Source: Bacteroidales bacterium (GTDB taxonomy: Bacteria > Bacteroidota > Bacteroidia > Bacteroidales > F082). Taken from it: a stretch of DNA of 64,000 bases. The translations under genes and the position numbers were made by a program. Below the pieces are notes generated by a model. The model searched no databases. It had not been told where the DNA came from and worked only from the letters and a program-made list of their open reading frames with translations. Shown piece after piece: positions 1 to 8,588 of this stretch. Within the stretch, counting starts at the first letter, position 1. Each line of letters begins with the position of its first letter. The DNA lies in contig WFNG01000055.1 in NCBI GenBank assembly GCA_015488735.1, positions 6,185 to 70,184 of the forward strand. Direction: 5' to 3'.

Positions 1-320
1 AGTTGTTCTGCTGCAGATTCATGAAGGATTTCATCAACCTGAAGATGAACAGCCCAATCACCAGAGATTTCGGCCAGACCTAGATTTGATTGTTGGGCAA
101 AAATTTTTCCACCTTCCCGCAATTCCATATTCCATACCGAATCAATAATCCGGATTTTTTTATTTTTCAAAGCTTCAATGGCTTCCCGGGTGCCGTCATC
201 AGAGTCACCTACAACCACCACCAGTTCATCTACGGCGGGTAGCAACGACAATATGGAGGGGATAAACGGGTATCCCATTTTAACCGCATTTCTAAGGTAA
301 GTAAAGCCACTGATTTTCAT
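1..320 (-). CDS. Glycosyltransferase family 2 protein, N-terminal part (runs off the window start)
   Basis: Manual translation from ATG at 320: MKISGFTYLRNAVKMGYPFIPSILSLLPAVDELVVVVGDSDDGT...DWAVHLQVDE; GT-A fold start with DxD-like QVDE. Not in the ORF track because it is truncated. Confidence 0.8.
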   Translation of the reverse strand, partial: MKISGFTYLRNAVKMGYPFIPSILSLLPAVDELVVVVGDSDDGTREAIEALKNKKIRIIDSVWNMELREGGKIFAQQSNLGLAEISGDWAVHLQVDEILHESAAEQ

Positions 321-443
321 TTGTAAAAAGTTATGTCTGTGGAAATATTTTTTGCAAAAATAGGAAAATGAAAGATTCGTCGTGAAAATAATCCTGTTTG
401 GCTAAAAAGAGAGGCACATCCCGATTTTATTGGGGGCTTTGGT

Positions 444-451
444 TATCTTTG
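444..451 (+). promoter_or_regulatory. Bacteroidota primary-sigma -7 box (TATCTTTG)
   Basis: Matches TAnnTTTG, 32 nt before the ATG at 484. Confidence 0.6.
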
Positions 452-483
452 TAAAGCTTTAGGGTATATTCCGGTTATTTAAT

Positions 484-2841
484 ATGAATACGAAACACGA
501 CTTTAAACAATGGATAATTCTGTTGCTGGCCATCTTTTTTCTCTTGCCGGAATTGACCATTTTTGCCCAAAAGAAAAATCATTTTACCATAAGTGGCTAT
601 GTCCGTGATAAAAACAGCGGTGAATTATTACCCGGTGCTACCCTTTATGTTAAGGAATTAAAAACGGGAACGGTATCCAATAGTTACGGGTTCTACTCTC
701 TCACCATACCCGGCGGAAATTATCATCTCACCTACTCGTTTGTGGGTTATCAGAGCCAGACAGTTTCCATTTCACTTTTTCAGGATATGTTAATTAACAG
801 GGAACTGTCTGCTGTTTCCAGCCGCCTTCGGGAAGTGGAAATAAAATCGGCATCGGCACGTGAGAATATTCGGCTACCTCAGATGTCGGTTACAAAAATG
901 AATATGAAAAACATTGCCGAAATTCCTTCTTTTATGGGGGAAGTTGACCTCGTAAAAGCGTTACAACTACTTCCGGGGGTGAAATTTGTAGCCGAAGGCT
1001 CTTCGGGGATGAGTGTGCGCGGGGGCGGCCCTGACCAGAACCTGATATTGCTGGATGAAGCCACGGTTTACAATGCCGGTCATCTCATGGGATTTTTCTC
1101 GGTTTTCAATCCGGATGCCGTGCAGAGTGTAAAGCTTTACAAAGGGGATATGCCGGCAGCTTATGGCGGAAGGCTCTCCTCGCTCGTGCAGGTGCGTATG
1201 AAAGAGGGAAACAACAAAGCTTTTCATGGTCAGGGCGGTATCGGACTGGTATCCAGCAGGCTGATGTTTGAAGGCCCCATCATAAAAAACAAAGCTTCAT
1301 TTATGGTAAGCGGCCGGCGTACTTATGCCGACCTGTTTCTGAAGTTGTCGCATGATGAAAAACTGCGGCAAAACAGACTCTATTTTTATGACCTGAATAC
1401 AAAGCTGAATTTTTCGCTCAATGGCAATAACCATTTTTTTCTTTCCGGATATTTCGGGAAAGATGTATTCAAAAATAATTTTTTTGGAATGGACTGGGGT
1501 AATGCAACCGGAACTTTCCGGTGGAATCACATTTTCAACGAAAAACTTTTCTCCAATATCTCGGTCATCGTTAGCCGTTTCAACTACAACCTGGGGCTTG
1601 CAGCAGATAATCCGCGGGCTTTTTTGTGGCAGTCGGCATTGACGGATTTCACGTTGAAAGACAACTTCGATTGGTTTATTAATCCTAAAAACAAACTTAA
1701 TTTTGGTTTCTCTGTTATTTATCACGATTTCTTTCCGGGAAAAATTACAGGAATCGGAAAAGAGGCTGTAATAGATGAGTACTGCCTCCCTGATAATTAT
1801 TCTCTCGAAAGTGCGCTATATTTAAGCAATGAACAAAAAATCGGAAAGTTTACCCTTAAATATGGTCTTCGGGTTTCCTTTTTCAACAATCTGGGACCGG
1901 CTACTATTTATCATTATGATGCAGATTTTAACGTTACGGATTCTACGGTTTACGTGACGAAAAAAGCTTTTAATACCTATGTCGGTATTGAACCCCGTGT
2001 GGGGATTGTTTTCCGTGTAAACAAAAGTTCATCTGTAAAAGCCAGCTACGCAAGGAATTACCAATATGTACAGCAGGCGCAGAACTCCACTGCCGGCAAT
2101 CCCATGGACATTTGGTTTCCGGCAAATCCTAACATCAAACCACAGGTGGGCGACCAGGTGGCTGCCGGCTATTATCAAGATTTTAAACAGGGCGCTTATT
2201 CTTTTTCCGGAGAATTATACTATAAATGGATTCACAACGCCATCGACTTTAAAGACCATGCGAATTTAATACTGAACAAATATCTTGATGGTCAACTGCG
2301 TACGGGACGAGGATATGATTATGGTATTGAGCTCATGCTGAAGAAAACATCGGGAAAACTTACAGGCTGGATGAGCTATACCTATTCACGAAGCTTTCGG
2401 GTGATTCCTGAAATAAACAATGGAGAGCCTTATCCAACATCTTACGATCGTCCCAATGATTTTTCGCTGACGTTGAGTTATCGGATAAACCCGGGTATCC
2501 GGTTGAGTATGAGCTGGGTTTACCTCACCGGGCAACCGGTAACTTTTCCTGTAAGCCGTTTCCTGTACAGCCACACCATTGTTCCGGTATATTCGGGGCG
2601 TAACAGTTACCGCATGGCCGATTACCATAGGCTGGATTTGGCGATGATTTGGGATTTGCCCAATAAAAAATCAAAAAAATGGCATAACCAGCTCAATTTC
2701 TCCGTTTACAATGCCTATAATCGTAAAAACCCGTGGGTTATTAATTTTCAGAACGATCCGAATGCTCCCAATACCACCCATGCAGAGATGACCTATTTGT
2801 TTGGGATTGTTCCCACTGTAACTTACAATTTTAGATTTTGA
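484..2841 (+). CDS. TonB-dependent receptor with N-terminal carboxypeptidase-regulatory-like domain
   Basis: Signal peptide, ISGYVRD/FVGY N-domain, plug motif VRGGGPDQNLILLDEATVYN, C-terminal aromatic YNFRF. Confidence 0.9.
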   Translation: MNTKHDFKQWIILLLAIFFLLPELTIFAQKKNHFTISGYVRDKNSGELLPGATLYVKELKTGTVSNSYGFYSLTIPGGNYHLTYSFVGYQSQTVSISLFQDMLINRELSAVSSRLREVEIKSASARENIRLPQMSVTKMNMKNIAEIPSFMGEVDLVKALQLLPGVKFVAEGSSGMSVRGGGPDQNLILLDEATVYNAGHLMGFFSVFNPDAVQSVKLYKGDMPAAYGGRLSSLVQVRMKEGNNKAFHGQGGIGLVSSRLMFEGPIIKNKASFMVSGRRTYADLFLKLSHDEKLRQNRLYFYDLNTKLNFSLNGNNHFFLSGYFGKDVFKNNFFGMDWGNATGTFRWNHIFNEKLFSNISVIVSRFNYNLGLAADNPRAFLWQSALTDFTLKDNFDWFINPKNKLNFGFSVIYHDFFPGKITGIGKEAVIDEYCLPDNYSLESALYLSNEQKIGKFTLKYGLRVSFFNNLGPATIYHYDADFNVTDSTVYVTKKAFNTYVGIEPRVGIVFRVNKSSSVKASYARNYQYVQQAQNSTAGNPMDIWFPANPNIKPQVGDQVAAGYYQDFKQGAYSFSGELYYKWIHNAIDFKDHANLILNKYLDGQLRTGRGYDYGIELMLKKTSGKLTGWMSYTYSRSFRVIPEINNGEPYPTSYDRPNDFSLTLSYRINPGIRLSMSWVYLTGQPVTFPVSRFLYSHTIVPVYSGRNSYRMADYHRLDLAMIWDLPNKKSKKWHNQLNFSVYNAYNRKNPWVINFQNDPNAPNTTHAEMTYLFGIVPTVTYNFRF

Positions 2842-2842
2842 T

Positions 2843-3724
2843 ATGAAAAAGTTTCTTCGAAATATGATTTTTGTCCTGCTTGTGAGTATCGCAGTTGCCT
2901 CTTGTACCAAACAGGTGAATATTCCGTTAAAAACAGGTAACGAAAAGCTGGTCGTAGAAGGCTACCTGTTTGGACGTGATTCCGTCTCGTGGGTGCGGCT
3001 GACAAAAACAAGTGGTTATTTTTCCGATGAACCTCCGCCCCCGGTAACACACGCCCGGATTGTAGTAAGCCACCAGAAAAAGCAATGGCTTTTAATGGAG
3101 TCTTCTGCGAAACCCGGTGTTTATTTTTTACGCGACAGTACATTTCGCCTTCTTGTATCTGATACTTTTAATCTTCAAATTCAACTAAAAAACCCTGTGG
3201 GTGGCCATGATATATACAAAAGTCAGACGGTAGTTCCCCCTTTGCGGATTCGCATCGACTCACTGGGTATTGATTTTGCTCCTGATTTTAAAAAGTGGAT
3301 AATACGCTATTTTGGCAAGGATATTTCCGGCAGAGATTATTATCTTTTTAACAGCAGTGTAAATGGTAAGATTGTAACAGACAGTATTTTGCAGAAGGTG
3401 GTCAGAGATGATGAATTTTTCGATGGCCGATATGTTTCCGGAGTCGTTGTGCAGGTTCTCAATGAGCGTACCATGAAAGTTGGCGATGAATATACCCTCC
3501 TGGCATCCAATATTACAAAAGCATATTATGATTATATGTCTTCCTTGCAGGATGAGGTGGGCGATAAAAACCCCTTGTTTAGCGGGCCGCCGGCAAATGT
3601 GAAGGGAAATATAAGTAATGGTGCCGAAGGATTTTTTACTTCATTTATGACTACTTCCTATACTGTTCAGCTGAAGGCAAACAAGCCTGCTGTCAACTCT
3701 GATACAGATAGATTTTCAAAATGA
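2843..3724 (+). CDS. DUF4249-family lipoprotein partner of the TonB-dependent receptor
   Basis: Lipobox IAVASC, KLVVEGYL motif, C-terminal PPANVKGNISNGAEGFF; directly follows the receptor. Confidence 0.8.
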   Translation: MKKFLRNMIFVLLVSIAVASCTKQVNIPLKTGNEKLVVEGYLFGRDSVSWVRLTKTSGYFSDEPPPPVTHARIVVSHQKKQWLLMESSAKPGVYFLRDSTFRLLVSDTFNLQIQLKNPVGGHDIYKSQTVVPPLRIRIDSLGIDFAPDFKKWIIRYFGKDISGRDYYLFNSSVNGKIVTDSILQKVVRDDEFFDGRYVSGVVVQVLNERTMKVGDEYTLLASNITKAYYDYMSSLQDEVGDKNPLFSGPPANVKGNISNGAEGFFTSFMTTSYTVQLKANKPAVNSDTDRFSK

Positions 3725-4834
3725 AATATCCAGTGCCAGGTCGTAAATATTTGATTTTGGCATGTTAAACAAAGAACTATCTTGATAACTGAAAACTAAT
3801 TTATTTTGTTTTAAAAACCGCCAGCTTACACCATATATCCGGCGCTTGTTAATTTCTATCGCACCATATTTCATTAATGAAAAATAATCGTAACGCGCGT
3901 AAACGGCAAAAGCTGTTTTTGGGATTTTTAATTCACTATAGAATGAAAAGCCATGTTGGGGTAGTGCGCTGAAAGTGCTGTCCACAAAAGTTCCGTAGCT
4001 GTTTCCTCTGCCTGATTCATATTGGGCGGTTACAGTAACATAACGACTTTCATAAGAAACAAATCCTGCGTTTAAAACAAAATCAGGTTTTTCAGGAATA
4101 TTCCCTTTTCCGAAAATGCCGAGATATGAAAATTGCAAACCCGGAACTGCGGAAGGAAAGGGACGGATTGTGATTCTGGCTTCAAAATTCTTATTCATGT
4201 TCCGTTCGAACTGATGATATCCTCCGCCATTATAGATTCCAAAGGCGAAACTGCCATATTTTCCCGGAGAATACGGATGAACACGGGTAACATACTCACC
4301 GCTCATGCGGCCACCCAAAAGCCCCTGACAACTTATGCCAAAACCAGCGGAGTTAAAAAGAAAACTACGCTCCATGAACATGGTACCCTGAACGCGGTAT
4401 GCATTAATGTGTTCTTCAAAATCGAGCCACGGCCGCTGGACAATTCCAAATTTTAAACGGGTATTTGTAAAAAATAAAAAGTCGGGAATCTTATATTGTA
4501 GGTATAGATACTTAACCCGAAGTTCAATATTTCCTGCATCATTACCCTGGTTATCTATGGTGATATCCTGTGTGTATCGTGCGGAAAGATTTTTCGAGAT
4601 TTGTGCATTTACAGAAAGGTAAGCACGGCGAACAAGGAAGGCAAAATCTGCCGTCTTATTCTGGTTTTTGTATTGACCTGCAAGATAAAATAGTCCTGTT
4701 ATTTTAAGGTGCTTGCTGAAATTACTCTTTTTGGAAAATGTTTTGTATTTGGTGCTTTGCGCTTGAAGAACAACAGGGAAGAAAAAAAACATAAATCCAA
4801 AAATAAGACGAATACGTTGGGTAAAATTTTTCAT
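3716..4834 (-). CDS. Outer-membrane beta-barrel/porin (phosphate-selective porin-like)
   Basis: Signal peptide from ATG 4834 (MKNFTQ...VVLQA), F.VRRAYL motif, LKYLYLQY, alternating strands, terminal LDISF. The ORF track extends the start to 4906. Confidence 0.6.
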   Translation of the reverse strand: MKNFTQRIRLIFGFMFFFFPVVLQAQSTKYKTFSKKSNFSKHLKITGLFYLAGQYKNQNKTADFAFLVRRAYLSVNAQISKNLSARYTQDITIDNQGNDAGNIELRVKYLYLQYKIPDFLFFTNTRLKFGIVQRPWLDFEEHINAYRVQGTMFMERSFLFNSAGFGISCQGLLGGRMSGEYVTRVHPYSPGKYGSFAFGIYNGGGYHQFERNMNKNFEARITIRPFPSAVPGLQFSYLGIFGKGNIPEKPDFVLNAGFVSYESRYVTVTAQYESGRGNSYGTFVDSTFSALPQHGFSFYSELKIPKTAFAVYARYDYFSLMKYGAIEINKRRIYGVSWRFLKQNKLVFSYQDSSLFNMPKSNIYDLALDISF

Positions 4835-4955
4835 GGCATATTGGAAAAAGATTATATATTTTAAAAACAGTGCAAATGTATTGTATCGTTTTTGCCTGCC
4901 ATCCACTTAATGTAAAGTTATTGTTAAATTTATTGACTTTTGAACTTATGTTCAT

Positions 4956-4963
4956 TATCTTTG
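4956..4963 (+). promoter_or_regulatory. -7 promoter box (TATCTTTG)
   Basis: TAnnTTTG match 24 nt before ATG 4988. Confidence 0.6.
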
Positions 4964-4987
4964 CGGTGAATTTTAAATTAAACGACA

Positions 4988-5206
4988 ATGAGTACTTCTG
5001 GAAACAATGATGCACCCGGCAGGGGGCTAGGATACGGTGGAGGCCATGGCAGAAACCGAGGTGGTAGTTTTGGTGTTGGCGGATATTGCGTTTGCGCCAA
5101 ATGTGGAACTAAAATCCCTCATCAACAAGGGGTTAAATGTACTACGCTGAAATGTCCGAAATGCGGCCATACTATGATTCGCGAAGAGTTGCTTAAGAAA
5201 TCCTGA
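4988..5206 (+). CDS. Small Gly-rich, six-Cys metal-binding (zinc-ribbon-like) protein
   Basis: GGYCVCAKCG..PHQQGVKC...KCPKCG; has its own promoter box; AT-rich start context. Confidence 0.75.
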   Translation: MSTSGNNDAPGRGLGYGGGHGRNRGGSFGVGGYCVCAKCGTKIPHQQGVKCTTLKCPKCGHTMIREELLKKS

Positions 5207-5278
5207 TAAAGGAATGTTTTTCCTTTTCTTTTTGCTGAAGCGGAAGACATGATACCTCTTTATGTTTATGAGATTAAT

Positions 5279-5286
5279 TATCTTTG
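5279..5286 (+). promoter_or_regulatory. -7 promoter box (TATCTTTG)
   Basis: TAnnTTTG upstream of the VOC-DUF89 operon. Confidence 0.55.
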
Positions 5287-5332
5287 TCAGCCGGCATCCC
5301 TATGGGATAGCCGGCTTTAAAAAAATGCATCT

Positions 5333-5713
5333 ATGACCCTGAATCATATCGGAATAAACATTGCCGACACGCACGAAATACAGTATTTTTATGAGGATAT
5401 TCTGGAATTCGTTCCGGAAAATAATTTTCCTGTTCCTCTTGAAATTTCACAACAATTTTTTGGAATTGATAACAAAACGGATGCTCATATTGTTCAATCT
5501 GAAGATTTGTTGCTGGAGCTGTTTGTATATGACAAGCCGTTAAACACGGGATATGCGCATTTGTGTTTGGAGGTGAAAAATAGAGAAAAAATTGCCCGGA
5601 AATGTATCGAAAATGGCTATCCTGTTATGCGTAAGGAAAGAGAAAAGGGAGATTTGCTGTTTGTTAAAGACAAAGCCGGCAATGTGTTTGAACTAAAAAA
5701 TAAAAGGATATGA
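5333..5713 (+). CDS. VOC/glyoxalase-family protein
   Basis: LNHIGINI ... FYEDIL ... LELF ... HLCLEV ... FVKDKAGNVFEL, with His/Glu metal ligands. Confidence 0.85.
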   Translation: MTLNHIGINIADTHEIQYFYEDILEFVPENNFPVPLEISQQFFGIDNKTDAHIVQSEDLLLELFVYDKPLNTGYAHLCLEVKNREKIARKCIENGYPVMRKEREKGDLLFVKDKAGNVFELKNKRI

Positions 5714-6555
5714 AAACCTATCTGGATTGCCTGCCTTGCTTTGTGGAACAAGCGCTGCGTGCGGCACGAATTGCTACCAACGATGACAAAGTGATTAAGC
5801 AGGTACTCGATGAAGTTGGTTGCATGATTAAAGATACGCCCATGGAGAACACACCTGCTGAATCAGGAATCCGGGTTTATGGGAAGATACGGGAGATTAC
5901 CGGTGTGGCAGATCCTTACCGGGAAATAAAACAACGCCACATTGCCGAAGCCAGGGCGCTGTATCCCGAATTGGAGAAAATGGTTGCAAAAGCAAAAGAC
6001 CCGTTACTAACGGCTATTCGTATTGCTATTGCAGGAAATGTAATTGATCTTGGTATCAACAAAACTTTTAATCTGGTAGCTGATATAAAAGAAATTCTTA
6101 TAAAAGATTTTGCTGTTTTTGATTACGAAGCTTTTAAAAAAGCATTGTATAATGCTGAAAAGGTGTTGTATATAGGTGATAATGCAGGGGAATCAGTTTT
6201 TGATAAGTTGCTTATAAAACAGTTGAATAAGCCTGTAAAATTTGCTGTCCGCTCACAGCCAATCATCAATGACGCAACTATGGAAGATGCGCTTGCATCA
6301 GGATTGGATGAAGTAGCTGAATTAATTGACTCAGGCAGTAAGGCACCAGGAACTATTTTACGACATAGTACTCCGGAATTTATGGAAGTTTACCAGAAGG
6401 CAGACCTTGTGATCAGCAAAGGACAGGGAAATTATGAAGGTTTGTCGGATGAAGATCGCCCCATATTCTTTCTGCTAAAGGCCAAATGCCCGGTAATTGC
6501 ACGGGATATGGGGGTACAGGAAGGAGATATTGTCTTAAAAGGTATAAATTTGTAA
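5710..6555 (+). CDS. DUF89/ARMT1-like damage-control phosphatase
   Basis: N-terminal CLPC, IAGNVID, YIGDNAGE and SKGQGNYE motifs; ATGA overlap with the VOC gene. Confidence 0.9.
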   Translation: MKTYLDCLPCFVEQALRAARIATNDDKVIKQVLDEVGCMIKDTPMENTPAESGIRVYGKIREITGVADPYREIKQRHIAEARALYPELEKMVAKAKDPLLTAIRIAIAGNVIDLGINKTFNLVADIKEILIKDFAVFDYEAFKKALYNAEKVLYIGDNAGESVFDKLLIKQLNKPVKFAVRSQPIINDATMEDALASGLDEVAELIDSGSKAPGTILRHSTPEFMEVYQKADLVISKGQGNYEGLSDEDRPIFFLLKAKCPVIARDMGVQEGDIVLKGINL

Positions 6556-6654
6556 AATCTTCAGAGAGATACTTTTAGACTGTAAAAATATTCTGTCGTG
6601 TGACGGATAAAAAATAATACATTGGTTGATAATTAAATACAAAATTATTAAGAG

Positions 6655-7098
6655 ATGAAAACAAAAATAGGAATTATCATTTGCGATCGTTATCGGAATT
6701 GTGCCGGCGGAAAATGTTTTCGCTCCCTGCAGAATCGCGAAGGTGCTTTCAGTATTTATCCCAAAGAAGATGAAGTGGAAATTGTGGGTTACACAAGTTG
6801 TGGCGGCTGCCCCGGCGGAAACATCGAATATGCACCCGAAGAGATGAAAAAAAATGGGGCAACCGTCATCCATTTTGCCACAGGGTTCGTGGTGGGCTAT
6901 CCGCCCTGTCCGTATATCGACCATTTTAAACGTTTCATAGAAGAAAAATATACTATGAAAGTGGTCGTGGGGACGCATCCCATTCCCGAAAAATATTACC
7001 AGACGCACAAGGCACTAAAAACCTGGAATACCCCTCAATGGCAGGAAATTATCAAGCCAACACTGACCGACGAGAAAACACGGATTGAATATAATTAA
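6655..7098 (+). CDS. CGGC-domain protein (putative Fe-S/metal-binding)
   Basis: IGIIIC....CAGGKC, SCGGCPG, PPCP, VVVGTH. Confidence 0.9.
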   Translation: MKTKIGIIICDRYRNCAGGKCFRSLQNREGAFSIYPKEDEVEIVGYTSCGGCPGGNIEYAPEEMKKNGATVIHFATGFVVGYPPCPYIDHFKRFIEEKYTMKVVVGTHPIPEKYYQTHKALKTWNTPQWQEIIKPTLTDEKTRIEYN

Positions 7099-7333
7099 AT
7101 GTGTTTTATACACTTATTAGCAGCTTTAAACTGACATAGTAACCATGAAAAATAACCATTCATCTTAATAATTTTTCAGGAACTAAAAAAACTATTTATC
7201 CACAGATATTTGCCAGATACAAACTCAATACATAAACATATAAGAAGTTGGCCAAAATGTAAAGAAAAAACAGAAGTCTTATCATTAATAGTTTAATATG
7301 TAAAGATGTTTTGGTTTTCTTGTCAATTGAACG

Positions 7334-7341
7334 TATCTTTG
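7334..7341 (+). promoter_or_regulatory. -7 promoter box for the Fic gene
   Basis: TATCTTTG 38 nt before ATG 7380. Confidence 0.55.
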
Positions 7342-7379
7342 CAAAGAAAATCAAATAATCTATACATAAAAGGTGTAAG

Positions 7380-8441
7380 ATGTTAAAGAAATTACCAATA
7401 GAAAAAGACATTGAAACAAAAAAGGTTCTTAAAAAACTTGCTTCTACACATAGGGCATTAGCCGAATTAAAAGGAATTGTAGCGACAATTCCCAATGAGA
7501 ATATGTTAATTAACACTTTGGGGATTCAAGAAGCAAAAGACAGTTCAGCAGTCGAAAATATCATTACAACCCATGATGATATTTATAAAGCAGAATTAAA
7601 TCTTGGTAATATTAAATCATTAAATGCAAAAGAAGTCCAAAATTATATTTCTGCCCTAAAGAAAGGATTTACTTTAATATCGAAAAACAAGATCCTTACA
7701 AACAATGATATAATTGCAATACAATCTGAATTAGAAAAGAACAATGCGGGTTTTAGAAAACTTCCGGGAACTGCTTTGAAGAATGCAACAACAGGAGAAA
7801 CGGTATACGCACCGCCACAAGAATATTCTGAAATTTTAGATCTGATGTCAAATCTGGAACAATTTATCAATGATGAAACTCTGTCAGATTTTGACCCGTT
7901 AGTAAAAATGGCTATAATTCATTACCAGTTTGAAAGTATTCACCCATTTTACGATGGAAACGGGCGAACAGGGAGGATTATTAATGTATTGTATTTGGTT
8001 ATGCAAGATTTATTAAATCTTCCAATACTATATTTAAGTCGGTATATAATTTTGAATAAAGGAATGTATTATAAGTTATTACAGGAAGTTAGAGAAACCG
8101 ATAATTGGGAGAACTGGCTGTTATACATGCTTGATGCTGTTGAACAAATTTCGAAAGAAACAATAGTATTGATAGCGAAAATACGAGAATTAATCTTTGA
8201 ATATAAAAATATTCTTCGCAGTAACTATAAATTTTACAGCCAGGATTTATTAAATAACCTGTTTAAACACCCTTACACAAAAATTGAATTTATTGAAAGA
8301 GATTTGGGCGTTTCCAGAATAACAGCGGCAAAATATTTAAATGAATTAGCAAAAAGCGGATTACTGAAGAAACAAAAATTCGGGACAGGAAATTATTATA
8401 TAAATGAAAAATTAATGAACTTATTAACGATGAAGGAATAA
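7380..8441 (+). CDS. Fic-family protein with C-terminal winged-helix domain
   Basis: Intact catalytic motif HPFYDGNGRTGR, N-terminal EAKDSSAVENI, C-terminal SRITAAKYLNEL HTH; visibly AT-rich. Confidence 0.92.
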   Translation: MLKKLPIEKDIETKKVLKKLASTHRALAELKGIVATIPNENMLINTLGIQEAKDSSAVENIITTHDDIYKAELNLGNIKSLNAKEVQNYISALKKGFTLISKNKILTNNDIIAIQSELEKNNAGFRKLPGTALKNATTGETVYAPPQEYSEILDLMSNLEQFINDETLSDFDPLVKMAIIHYQFESIHPFYDGNGRTGRIINVLYLVMQDLLNLPILYLSRYIILNKGMYYKLLQEVRETDNWENWLLYMLDAVEQISKETIVLIAKIRELIFEYKNILRSNYKFYSQDLLNNLFKHPYTKIEFIERDLGVSRITAAKYLNELAKSGLLKKQKFGTGNYYINEKLMNLLTMKE

Positions 8442-8450
8442 CACTTTGGC

Positions 8451-8578
8451 TGACAACGGCTCATAGTGCATGCCGCAAATAATTGTAAATATGACGATTA
8501 AGCATTAAAGGAAAATACCGGTTAATAGAAAAATAAAACATTAAACTGCGGCATGCACCATAGCCGCACACGTTAGAA
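8451..8578 (+). repeat. Imperfect inverted repeat with attC-like architecture
   Basis: AAC at 8455-57; arm cggctcatagtgcatgccgca 8457-8477; arm tgcggcatgcaccatagccg 8547-8566; GTTAGAA at 8572-78; 12-bp perfect core and one extrahelical base. Confidence 0.55.
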
Positions 8579-8588
8579 AATTGTAATT

